64,000 nucleotides of DNA from an uncultured Planctomycetaceae bacterium (GTDB lineage Bacteria; Planctomycetota; Planctomycetia; Planctomycetales; Planctomycetaceae), in NCBI GenBank assembly GCA_963815195.1, contig CAWFGE010000012.1:1067390-1131389 (forward strand), given 5' to 3'. The notes under the pieces were generated by a model that saw only the letters and a program-made list of their open reading frames with translations, searched no databases and was not told the DNA's origin. Shown here one piece after another: positions 54,311 through 64,000 of the stretch (position 1 is the first letter of the stretch; every line of letters starts with the position of its first letter). The position numbers and the translations under genes are program-made.

Positions 54311-56764
54311 TTAATTCGTCCCCGCGGCTTCGGCTCGTTTCTTGGCTTCCAGGCGGAGTTGCTCGAGGCGGGTCAACGGCCGCTCTTTCTTGGGTTCTTC
54401 TTTCTTGGCGACCGGTTGCGGCTTGGCTTCGGGTTTCGGGGCATCTTTGGGCGGAGGCAGCGGCTTGTCGATCCGCAGTTCCGTCGTGCCCACGCGGGCA
54501 TGCACGATCTGTTCCCCCGCCTGCGGAATCACCACCTGCGCGAACACGTTCTTGTGCCGGCCCGGCGGGCTGCTGGCGTCCGTCGTGATTTTGAAGACCA
54601 ATTCTTTCGTGTCTTTATTGAATTCCATGTCCGCGGCCGCCACCTTGTTGGGCAGGCCGAGGAGTTGCACCTTGGCGGCACCTTCAAACGGCGTGGTCGT
54701 GGTGATCTTGCAGAAGATCTCCGTGGGCTTGCCCTGCTCGGCCGCGGAACGGTCCATCGCAAACTGCACGAACGGCTCCGCGATCTCCAGCGTGGCGAGT
54801 TGGGACGCCACCCAAGCGGTTCCACCCACGTTCGCCTGGCCGATGGCATACATCGGCCACTTGCCGAGAGCCGCGTTGCCGTTGGCATTGAGCGGATACA
54901 GCGCTTCGGTTTTGCCTTTCGGGATATTGATCGAACTCGCGGCCCCGATGCCCGGCGGACGGAACGGGAACTGCACGTTGATCTGCTCGTCCCAACCCTC
55001 TTTCTTATGGGCCACGATCTTGAGCTGCATCGAGCCGTTGCGGACGATGGGCACCTTGGGTTCCACGATTTCCAAGTGGAACGGCAACTCGTCGACCACC
55101 GCAAACGCCAAGCGGCTCACGTCCGTGGTCCAATACAGCGACTGGCCGGGCGAGCCGATGATCATGTCGGCCCGGTTCGTAAATCCGCCGCTGATCTTTT
55201 GCTTCTCGTCCGCCAGATGCGCGGTGAAGTCCACGAGCTTCCCGGAGAGCGGGGCGTCGGCCTTGGCTTCAAACACCACCGGCATCTCGCTCATGTTGGC
55301 GGGCATCGGCTGGGCGTGCATCGTGATGCCCGCGGGAAGATCCTTCCCATCCAGCACCAGTTCGCCGCCGAAGTTCTGCCGGCTCGCGGAGATCAGCGTC
55401 GCGAAGCGGTTGCCCTTGGGCACGTAGATCGTCTGCCGATCTTGCGAGTAGCGAGCCACGCGGGGAATGCCCAACGTCAACTGCGGCTCGACCGGCGTGA
55501 ACTCGACGCGGTACACAAAATCCGCCCCGCCCCGCCCGAGATGGTCGTTGATGCGAAGGATGTATTCCCCATCCGCCGGCACGCCAAAGCGGAAATAGCT
55601 GTCCGGCCCGCGGGAGTCATCGTTCCCCGTGATCCGTCGGCCGTCGGCATAATACAGATTCACCACCGGATCGAGGGCCGAGCGAATCCGCCGGGCGTAG
55701 CATTCCACTTCGTAGGTCTGCCCCTTCTTGGCGGCGAACTTGAAGCAGTCCACATCGTCGGCTTTTTCGATGATCCCGTTAAACGCCAACGGCAACTCCG
55801 CCGGAGTCGGGGTTTTGAAATCATCGTTCGGCTCGGCTTCCAACACGTTCCCATGCGGGAACAGGCGGAAGGGATTCTCCGAAGAGGCCACGCCGGTGGC
55901 ATCGCTCGCGAGGAGGCCGTAATTCTCTTCGACCTGCGCCGGGAGTTTGAACTTCTGGCTCAACACGCCGGTCGGGTCGCCCAGGAATTTGACTTCGATC
56001 TCTTCGCCGACTTTTCCGCCCGCCGGGTAAACCGCGGTGGGCCGGGGGAAGTGGCCGACGTGCAGCCGATACCGGCAGTTGCCGTTGCCGCCGTAGGCGC
56101 TTTCGCGGACTTCGATGATATAGTTCCCATCTTCCGGGGCAACGACGGACGCGACGGAATCCTGATAAACCAGCGGCGCATCATCGCTCACGGCGAGTTC
56201 GAACCGCTTGCTGTCCAAGATGGCGATGTACGGATCGAACATGAACGTGCCCAGCCGCATGGCTTCGATCTCCGCGGAGATCCGCTGCCCCTTTTTCGCC
56301 GTGACCACGAAGTAATCCACGTCTTCGTTCTGCACCACGCCGGCGACGGTGTGGCCCATCTCGAGGGCTTGCGGTTGTTCGAAATCGCTGTTGGGCTCTT
56401 TCTCTTCCACCTCGGCCAAGGCCCCGACATAAAATGTGCGGTATTCGGAAATGCCGCTCTTGGTGCGGACTTGGGCGATGTGCTCGCCGAGCCGGCAGTC
56501 CGGGGCGACTTTCACCGTCACCTTGACGGCGTTCGCGTTGCCTTGGATCGGTTCGATCTTGGTCGCCGTTACGCCGGGGCGGTAGAAGAAGATCTCCTCG
56601 GCATCATTGAGCCGGGCGCCGCTGAAAGTCAGCACCGCCTCGGTGCCGCGCTGGACGCCTCGGGGCTGAATGATCGACAGCGCCGGCGAAGCCGCGAACA
56701 GCGGGGCCGCGATGCTGCCGAGGAACAATGTCAAGAAGAAGGAGCGAATCGTGCGGGATGTCAT
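54311..56764 (-). CDS. Secreted PPC (pre-peptidase C-terminal) repeat protein
   Basis: PRGVQRG, EKEPN/EAEPND repeats, DVDYF, YILRINDHLGRGG. Confidence 0.85.
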   Translation of the reverse strand: MTSRTIRSFFLTLFLGSIAAPLFAASPALSIIQPRGVQRGTEAVLTFSGARLNDAEEIFFYRPGVTATKIEPIQGNANAVKVTVKVAPDCRLGEHIAQVRTKSGISEYRTFYVGALAEVEEKEPNSDFEQPQALEMGHTVAGVVQNEDVDYFVVTAKKGQRISAEIEAMRLGTFMFDPYIAILDSKRFELAVSDDAPLVYQDSVASVVAPEDGNYIIEVRESAYGGNGNCRYRLHVGHFPRPTAVYPAGGKVGEEIEVKFLGDPTGVLSQKFKLPAQVEENYGLLASDATGVASSENPFRLFPHGNVLEAEPNDDFKTPTPAELPLAFNGIIEKADDVDCFKFAAKKGQTYEVECYARRIRSALDPVVNLYYADGRRITGNDDSRGPDSYFRFGVPADGEYILRINDHLGRGGADFVYRVEFTPVEPQLTLGIPRVARYSQDRQTIYVPKGNRFATLISASRQNFGGELVLDGKDLPAGITMHAQPMPANMSEMPVVFEAKADAPLSGKLVDFTAHLADEKQKISGGFTNRADMIIGSPGQSLYWTTDVSRLAFAVVDELPFHLEIVEPKVPIVRNGSMQLKIVAHKKEGWDEQINVQFPFRPPGIGAASSINIPKGKTEALYPLNANGNAALGKWPMYAIGQANVGGTAWVASQLATLEIAEPFVQFAMDRSAAEQGKPTEIFCKITTTTPFEGAAKVQLLGLPNKVAAADMEFNKDTKELVFKITTDASSPPGRHKNVFAQVVIPQAGEQIVHARVGTTELRIDKPLPPPKDAPKPEAKPQPVAKKEEPKKERPLTRLEQLRLEAKKRAEAAGTN

Positions 56765-56883
56765 AACCGACCTCCTAGGCGGGGGCGGGGCGGGAAATCG
56801 AGGAAGGCGAGAGTGAGAGCACAATCACCGCGGCTCGTGTTCCAAACCAGAACGCCGAGCCGCGGTGCTAAGGGGGGCTGTGT

Positions 56884-58184
56884 TTAGGCCAGCAGGTCCT
56901 TGCGGACTTTGCCGCCGTTGACAATCTCAATCGGGCGGTCGCCGGGGGCCATCAGTTCCTTGTCGGCGACGATGCCGATGCAGTTGTAAATCGTGGTGGC
57001 CCAATCGACCACGGTGAGCGGATCGTTTTCGGGTTCGCTCGCGGTGGAGTCGGAAGTCCCATAAACATAGCCGCCTTTGACGCCGCCGCCGGCGAGCACC
57101 ACGCTGAACACCTTGGGCCAATGGTCGCGGCCGGCGGTGCCGTTGATCTTCGGAGTCCGGCCGAACTCGGACGCCACGCACACCAGCGTTTCTTTGAGGA
57201 TGCCCCGCTGGTCCAAATCGCGGATGAGCGAAGCGAACGCCTGGTCGAACGCCGGCAGTTGGCTGTTGATGCTGCCTTGGATGTTGCCGTGCATGTCCCA
57301 GCCGCCGTAGGTCAACGTCACAAACCGCGCGCCCGATTCCACCAGCCGGCGGGCCAGAAGCATTCGGGCCCCCGCGGTGTTCCGGCCGTATTCATCGCGG
57401 AGCTTGTCCGGCTCGGCGCTGATGTTAAACGCTTCGCGGGCTTTCTCCGAACTGACCATCGCATAGGCCCGCTGATAAAAACTATCCACAGCGTCCAGCG
57501 AATCGGCTTTTTCTTTCGAGACGAAATGCTCGTTGACGGCATCGAGGACTTTCCGCCGGCGGGCGAAGCGGCTGTCGTCCACGCCGCCGGGCAGCTTCAA
57601 GTCGCGAACCGTGAAGCCCCCGCTGGCCGGGTCCGAACCCAGGCTGAACGGGGCAAACGACGAACTCAAATAACCGGTGCCGGCGAATTCGTTCGGCTGG
57701 TTCGGAATGCACACGTACTGAGGCAGATTGTTCCGCGGGCCGAACTCGTGCGTGACCACGCTGCCCATGCTGGGAAAATTCGAGTGCCGGGCTCGGCCGG
57801 TAACCCGTGAACATGTTGTGCGTGCCGCGTTCGTGGGCGGCTTCGCCGTGCGTCATCGACCGGCAGATCGTGATCTTGTCGCAAACCTTCGCGGTCTGCA
57901 CCAGCTTCTCGTTGATCCGCACGCCGTCCACATTCGTGGCGATCGAGTTCATCGGCCCGCGGTATTCGATCGGGGCAAACGGCTTCGGGTCCCAGGTCTC
58001 CTGATGGGCCGCCCCGCCGGGCAGATAGATAAAGATCACATTCTTGGCGGTGCCTTCTTTCGAGGCATACTGCTTAATATCCGCCTGGGCCTGTTGCAGA
58101 CTGGAAATATTGAGCCAGCGAAAGCCCAATCCCTCCCGCAAAGCCGACATGCAGGAAATCACGACGAGAGGTACGCATAGCCAT
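56884..58184 (-). CDS. DUF1501 Tat-exported protein (frameshifts near 58100 and 57775)
   Basis: SRRDFL Tat motif, GGAAHQETWDPKP, LLARRLVESG, GGWDMH, EFGRTP, GRDHW. Confidence 0.92.
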
Positions 58185-58638
58185 CAAGATGCCTCCTGGA
58201 AAAGAACCACCCAACCCCGCGACTCAGCGAAGGTCCAATCGGAAGTTCGGAACTGGTGAAGTTGATTTATGGTTAGAGCAAAAGCGTCCTGGAGATCGTT
58301 CAATCGGGTTCACATCATCCAAAGTCGATCAATGAGCGTCTCGTTCACAAATCTCGCAAGCGGCGGGCAATATGGGGCGGGCAGGCAGGGTTTGTGTGTT
58401 GGGGGGCTTCCTATAATTCTCTCGGTCTGCCATTATCAGAACGAAGATTGAGGGAAAAAGTCAAGCATCAACAATCGTTTCTTTGTTAGTTTTTCGATTT
58501 TCCCCGTCGGTTTGCAAGAACTGTTCCGCATGGCGACAATCCCTTTGTGACAGATTGTCCGCCCGGGCGAATTGGTTACGGCAATTTTTCAAAAGTTGGT
58601 CGCACTTGTGCGATTGTCCCCCCGTTGGAGGTCTGCCG

Positions 58639-60105
58639 ATGATTTCGTGGAAAAGGTTTTGCCCGAGAGAAGTTTGCCACATATGGACAGGCATCCTGGT
58701 TCTCGCCGCCGCGTTTTCAATCCAGCCTTTACACCTTGGCGTGGCCGCGGAAAAAGACAAGGGGCCGAATATCGTCCTGATCCTCGCCGACGATTTAGGG
58801 TATGGCGATCTCGGGTGCTATGGGCAGAAGGTCCTCAAGACGCCGCGGCTGGATCGGATGGCGGCGGAGGGACTGCGGTTCACAGATTTTTACGCCGGCT
58901 CCACCGTGTGCGCCCCGTCGCGGTGCGTGTTGTTGACGGGGCAGCATTTGGGACATACCGCGATTCGCGGCAACGCCCCGTCGCTGCTGCGGGACGGCGA
59001 CGTCACGATTGCGGAGATTCTGAAGCGCGCCGGCTACCGCACCGCGTGCATCGGCAAGTGGGGCGTCGGCCATCCGCCGCCCCTCGACAACCCCCACCGC
59101 GAAGGCTTCGATCACTTCTTCGGCTACATCAACATGTGGCACGCCCACAATTTCTACCCCGAGTTTCTGATCCGCGACGGCAAACCGCAGCCGCTCGGAA
59201 ACATCGTCGGCAACAAATTCCGGGCCATGCAGGACCTCAAAGACCCCCAGGCCGGCCGAGGCGTGGCGGTCAAACGGGCCGATTATGCGCCCGAGCTGTT
59301 TATCCATGACGCCCTGCGGTTCATCGACCAGAACCGGGACCGGCCGTTCTTTCTGTATCTGCCGCTGAACACCCCGCACGCCAACAACGAAGCCGGAAAA
59401 CAAGGCATGGAGGTCCCCGACCGAAAACCCTTCGATGCCCAAGACTGGCCTGAGCCGGAACAAGGCTTCGCCCGCATGATCGCCGACATCGACCGCGATG
59501 TCGGGCGGATTCTGGATCGGCTGAAGGAACATCACATCGACCAGAACACGCTGGTGTTCTTTACCTCGGACAACGGCCCGCACAACGAGGGCGGGCATTC
59601 GTTTCGGTTCTTCGATTCCAACGGACCGCTCCAGGGGCACAAGCGGGATCTCTACGAAGGCGGGATTCGCGTGCCGATGATCGCCTGGTGGCCAGGCACG
59701 ATCGCCGGGCGCCGCGAGACGGACCATCTCGCCTACTTCGGCGACTTCATGGCGACGTTTTGCGATCTCGTCCAAGCCGACCCGCCGAAGCCCGCGGGCG
59801 GATTGGACAGCGTGAGTTTTCTGCCGGCGCTCTTGGGGGAAGCGGATCGGCAAAACCGGCACGAGTTCCTGTATTGGGAGTTCTACGAGCAAGGCTCCGC
59901 GCAGGCCGTGCGGTTTGGGACCTGGAAAGCCGTCCGAAAGCCAATGCGCACCGGGCCGATCGAGCTCTACGATCTCAGCCGCGACCTTGGCGAAGCAAAC
60001 AACATCGCAGCCGAGCGTCCCGATTTAGTGAAACGAGCCGAGACCTATATGAAACAGGCCCACACCCCGCACCCGACCCTCCGCCCGCCGATGCCGAAGA
60101 AATAA
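58639..60105 (+). CDS. Arylsulfatase (formylglycine type)
   Basis: PNIVLILADDLGYGD, CAPSR, GKWG, SDNG, KRDLYEGGIRVP; GGAGG before the ATG at 58639. Confidence 0.93.
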   Translation: MISWKRFCPREVCHIWTGILVLAAAFSIQPLHLGVAAEKDKGPNIVLILADDLGYGDLGCYGQKVLKTPRLDRMAAEGLRFTDFYAGSTVCAPSRCVLLTGQHLGHTAIRGNAPSLLRDGDVTIAEILKRAGYRTACIGKWGVGHPPPLDNPHREGFDHFFGYINMWHAHNFYPEFLIRDGKPQPLGNIVGNKFRAMQDLKDPQAGRGVAVKRADYAPELFIHDALRFIDQNRDRPFFLYLPLNTPHANNEAGKQGMEVPDRKPFDAQDWPEPEQGFARMIADIDRDVGRILDRLKEHHIDQNTLVFFTSDNGPHNEGGHSFRFFDSNGPLQGHKRDLYEGGIRVPMIAWWPGTIAGRRETDHLAYFGDFMATFCDLVQADPPKPAGGLDSVSFLPALLGEADRQNRHEFLYWEFYEQGSAQAVRFGTWKAVRKPMRTGPIELYDLSRDLGEANNIAAERPDLVKRAETYMKQAHTPHPTLRPPMPKK

Positions 60106-60370
60106 CACTCAAACGGCCACAGCCGGCTTCCGTCCGGGCAATATCGCCCCGCGCACGACCGGCGAATCAGCCCGCCACAGCCGGCCCTCTATCACTGGGA
60201 GGTTCACAACAAAAGAAGCCGGAGCGGGAACGAACGCGGGCCGCGAAAGTTCCTTAGACTTCCCGACGACCACCCGGAACCCGATGCCCTCGACGCGAGA
60301 GGGCCAGCGTAATTCCTTGTCCTCCCCCGGCTCGGTGCTCCTACAGGCCGGAGTTTTTGTGCACAACAAA

Positions 60371-60399
60371 TTGAAATGAATGCGGCGCAATCGTATAAT
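60371..60399 (+). promoter_or_regulatory. Near-consensus sigma70 promoter
   Basis: TTGAAA-N17-TATAAT in an AT-rich patch. Confidence 0.65.
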
Positions 60400-60513
60400 G
60401 TGGAAACACATTAACATGCGTGCCTCTAAATGGTTACTAATGATAACTGAACCAATATGCCTCAATCCGCCGGGCAGGCTGCTTGCAACTCTTGCAGACG
60501 CCAAACGACAAGC

Positions 60514-61171
60514 TGAGGTGGACCCCATTCTTTGGACAGCAAACGGGGTTGTTTAGTGGTGTGAGTCAGCGGCAGACGAGGCCCCTCATAGGCCTCGTCG
60601 TCTGCCGCCGATGACAAGGGGCCCGGGACGAGACCTCACCAGTTCCCTCCCGGTTTTGCGCGAAACTTGTTTTCATTTTTCGTCCATCACTTTGTGCAGG
60701 CTTCAATCTTTTCCTTCGTAGATCATCGCCGGCGTTTGATAACCCAGCGACTGATGAATCCGTTCCTCACAATAGAACTCAAAGTAACTCTGCAGGCTTC
60801 TCTCGGCCTCCCAACCATCCGTGTAATCCTTCAAGTAAACCTCTTCGTATTTCACGCTCCGCCACAGCCGCTCGATGAATACGTTGTCCAAGCACCGTCC
60901 TTTTCCATCCATACTGATCGCGACATTCAATCGTTCCAATCGCTCGGTGAACTTGATCGCCGTGAATTGGCTGCCCTGGTCGCTGTTGAAGACCTCCGGC
61001 CGCGAGATCGACAAGGCTTCGTCCAACGCCTCCAAGCAAAAACTCCCCTCCAACGTGTTCGACAATCGCCAACTCAACACGTAGCGACTGAACCAGTCCA
61101 TCACTGCCACGAGATACAAAAACCCGTGGCGAAGCGGGATGTAAGTGATGTCGCTCGACCACACCTGGTTG
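60514..61171 (-). mobile_element. Truncated IS3-family element (3' part of orfB, 60703-61164, plus right end)
   Basis: WSSDITY, FNSDQGSQF, DNVFIERLWRSVKYE; end sequence TGAGGTGGACCCC at 60514; cut at the left end of the next IS. Confidence 0.85.
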
Positions 61172-62797
61172 TGTAACGGCTCAGTTCGAACTGGAATTTC
61201 TGGCTGGTTGGGTTAGTCTATTCTTATGAGAGGACCGACCCATGAGCAACAGCAAACGACGTCATTTTACGCCCGAGCAGAAAGCCGAGGTTGTCAGGCG
61301 GCATCTGTCGGGGAAGGAACCCGTCTCCAAACTCGCTGAGGAGCTTGGGGTGCAGCCGAGCCAGATTCATGCGTGGGTGAACCTGGTTCTGGCGCAGGCG
61401 GAGCGGGCATTCGAGAAGTCTCAGCAGAATGGACGCGCGCGGACGGACAAGGTCAAGGACCGCCGCATCGAACAGCTCGAAGGTAAGATCGCCGACAAGA
61501 ACGAAGTGATCGCCGAGTTAATGGAGGCGAACGTTCGCGCAAAAAAAGAGCTTGGGGAACTCTAAAAGGAGGCTGGGTTCCCCACGACACGCGCGACGAG
61601 ATCGTGGATTACATCACGTATTGGACGGACCGCGCCGAGATTCCCGCCAAAACCCTTTTGGGTTGGTTGGAACTGGGCACGAGCAAGTACCACTCGTGGA
61701 AAGACCGCTACGGAAAAGCCAACGAGCACAACGGGAAGATTCCCCGGGATCATTGGCTGGAGGATTGGGAGAAGGCGGCGATCGTCGACTATTTTGACCA
61801 GCATCCCTTGGAAGGCTATCGCCGGCTGACGTTCATGATGCTCGATGATGACATCGTCGCCACAAGCCCGGCGACGGTGTATCGCGTGCTCAAAGCGAAC
61901 CGGCGATTGGACCGCAGGAAGTTCTCGCCGTCCAAGAAAGGCACAGGCTTCGTGCAGCCCTTAAAACCCCACGAACACTGGCACATCGACGTGTCTTACA
62001 TCAACGTGGAAGGCACGTTTTACTACCTGACCAGCGTCTTGGATGGCTGCAGCCGGGCCATTTTGCACTGGGACCTCAAGGAGTCGATGACCGAACAGGA
62101 CGTGGAAGTTATTCTGCAAAAAGCGATCGAGACCTACCCCGGCGAATCGCCGCGGATCATCTCGGACAACGGGCCGCAGTTCATCGCGCGGGACTTCAAA
62201 GAGTTCATCCGCCTCGTGGGCGCCACACACGTGCGGACCAGTCCGTACTATCCCCAATCGAACGGCAAGATCGAACGTTGGCACGGAAGTTTGAAGTCCG
62301 AATGTATCCGGCCGAGTTGTCCGGCCAACGTCGAGGAAGCCCGGCGAAAGATTCAAAGCTATGTGGATCATTACAATAATGTGCGGCTGCATTCGGCCAT
62401 CGGCTATGTGACGCCCGCCGATAAACTGGCGGGCATCGAACAGGAGATCTTCACCGAACGCGACCGCAAGTTGGAAACCGCCCGAACGCGCCGTCAGGCC
62501 GCCCGGCAATTCGCGCGACAGGAGGTTGCTTGATGACAAGCCGCATGGCACAATCGAATGCGACCTGGGCGGAGGATACGGCTCTGCTGAGGAGCACCCG
62601 GAGTGCCGCCCCAGGGGCCAAGACCGGAGGCGGGATCAAGCCCCTTCCCTTGATCCCGCCCGTTTCGAAAACCCTCCGGGATTGGCACCAAAGCGAAAAA
62701 CCTTCGCGGCAGGATGCCGCGAAATCCGCGACAGGAGGTCACCTTCCACTGACTAACACCAACACGCCCAAATTCCACTTACCGCTGAACCAGGACA
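61172..62797 (+). mobile_element. Complete IS3-family element
   Basis: Imperfect 28-bp IRs TGTAACGGCTCAGTTCGAACTGGAATTT / TGTCCTGGTTCAGCGGTAAGTGGAATTT; orfA plus orfB. Confidence 0.92.
61242..62533 (+). CDS. IS3 transposase OrfA (61242-61565) / OrfB joined by a programmed -1 frameshift
   Basis: OrfA HTH; A7G at 61541-61548; OrfB WHIDVSY, ISDNGPQF, SNGKIERWH. Confidence 0.92.
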
Positions 62798-62960
62798 TGA
62801 AAGCACTGGCAACAAGTTGCCAGTGGCACCCGAAAAACAACTCACAAACCACATGAACTGACAGTGCCACCCCGCCGAGTAGCGCCAACTCTGCCGGCCA
62901 AGATTTCGGAACACGATTGGCCATCAAACGGCTGGTAAAGCCACCCCTCCTCCTCCGATC

Positions 62961-63332
62961 TCAGCCGAGTTGGTAACCCTGATCGACCCAGTAGTGCCAG
63001 TCGCCAATCGCTTCCAGTGTGCCCTCATCCGCCTCGACGGCTTCAAGTTGGGCCAGCGGGAGACCGAGCGAACGCCCCTTCCATTTGCCCATGACGAACA
63101 TCTCGTGCATGCAATTGTCTGGCGGTGCCATACTCTCGACCATGATCTCCTCGCCTTTCTTAAGCGGTGAGATCGCACGCTCTTGAAGACAACGAACTTG
63201 AAATGGAAAGGCGATCTTGTCTTCAAGATAGTAGTACCAGCCCATCGCCTGCTCTTCGGGACCGTAGGCGTCGACGATCGCCTCCATCGCGATCCGATCT
63301 TCACGCTCTTCATCTTTCTCACGCTTCGCCAT
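62961..63332 (-). CDS. CcbP-like calcium-binding family protein
   Basis: Acidic 123 aa; IVDAYGPEEQAMGWYYYLED..FPF and AIGDWHYW. Confidence 0.75.
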   Translation of the reverse strand: MAKREKDEEREDRIAMEAIVDAYGPEEQAMGWYYYLEDKIAFPFQVRCLQERAISPLKKGEEIMVESMAPPDNCMHEMFVMGKWKGRSLGLPLAQLEAVEADEGTLEAIGDWHYWVDQGYQLG

Positions 63333-63491
63333 TGGAGGATAACTCCTGATTTTCTTGAGCCGGGATTCCCACATGTGGCTTGCCATTGGATGGCCGGCAC
63401 AGCCAGCCCTTCTCGCTGAAGACATACTCATGCAAAGCCATGAGCATGCCACCCCCCCGATGTCAAACGCCCGCGAATCCTGATGGACTCG

Positions 63492-63679
63492 CGGCGGGGT
63501 GGCTGGGGCGTGACCCGGCGAGGATTACAGAATCTCTCGCATGGCCCCAGCCTTGTGCCAACCAACCATTTCAGGGCCTGAAATCGGGCTTCGACAAACT
63601 TGAGATACGCGGCAAAAAGCTGGGGCTGTGACACGTTCATTTGGAGTCATCGTCAGTTCACGCCCCAGCCACCCCGCCG
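63492..63679. repeat. Paired 22-bp perfect inverted repeat (REPIN/MITE-like)
   Basis: CGGCGGGGTGGCTGGGGCGTGA at 63492-63513 and its reverse complement at 63658-63679. Confidence 0.75.
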
Positions 63680-63800
63680 TCGATTTCCGTTTCTTTCCAA
63701 AGATCGCACCCGGCGCGGTTTTATGCGGGGATCAGCGAAGTGAAAATCGCAATGGATCGCACGCGGCCCCTGTTCCAAGAATGAAGCCCGAAACAAGCTC

Positions 63801-63945
63801 CCACGCCCTTCGCAAAGCCTCAGGGCGTGCCACCCTCGATGGTTCAAAGTTGCCAGCATTCAGTGTGGCACGCCCAGACCAACGGGATGGGCGTGGTGAC
63901 GATCAACATCCACGCCCTTCGTCCCCGAGGGTGTGCCACCCGACC
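63801..63945. repeat. Cluster of GTGCCACCC/CACGCCC palindromic REP-like units
   Basis: Three related hairpins in alternating orientation; GTGGCACCC/GTGCCACCC also near 62820-62872. Confidence 0.65.
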
Positions 63946-64000
63946 CGCCCTTTGGATCTCAAGGAACGAGTTTACCAAATCGAACGGCCGGCACAGCCGG

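Noticed and set aside
51677..56887. Long plus-strand ORFs (799 and 913 aa) and similar antisense ORFs such as 2425-3363, 4355-5902, 33180-34661, 37287-38810 and 40408-41670
   Set aside because: Shadow frames of well-supported opposite-strand genes in high-GC DNA; no recognisable motifs.
60270..60360. tRNA or att remnant before the IS region
   Set aside because: No T-loop/CCA pattern; only a terminator-like hairpin with a T-run.

Overview
GC-rich bacterial DNA with a strong Planctomycetota signature: DUF1559 prepilin-like gene, DUF1501/PPC/DUF1549-DUF1553/cytochrome-WD40 operon, sulfatase, an ECF sigma factor with a giant partner, and many palindromic intergenic repeats. More than 20 apparent single-base frameshifts split otherwise normal genes, most likely long-read consensus errors, so many coordinates are reconstructed. 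Main content: (1) 0.2-9.6 kb, an anion-sensing/uptake region with a NarX/PilJ-type kinase and FixJ-type regulator, an OprO/P porin, and a sigma54-type operon of an enlarged SbtA, SbtB, a kinase and an NtrC-family activator; (2) an ABC-ATPase + TOPRIM-like gene pair, a candidate defence module; (3) housekeeping genes (sigma70, citrate synthase, PduO, PIMT, ThiF/MoeB); (4) a SWIM-finger + helical-repeat pair; (5) the most striking feature, at 36.8-44.9 kb: a compact phage DNA-packaging operon (HTH, ParB-N, ABC-ATPase/Mom-like GNAT, TerS-like, TerL, portal, small ORF) with no capsid, tail, integrase or lysis genes, its spacers filled with host REP-like repeats, suggesting a domesticated packaging/DNA-modification system; (6) an IS481 inserted in a hairpin repeat and two abutting IS3 elements. 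No rRNA, tRNA or CRISPR array was recognised. All domain calls are by-eye motif recognition, not database searches.
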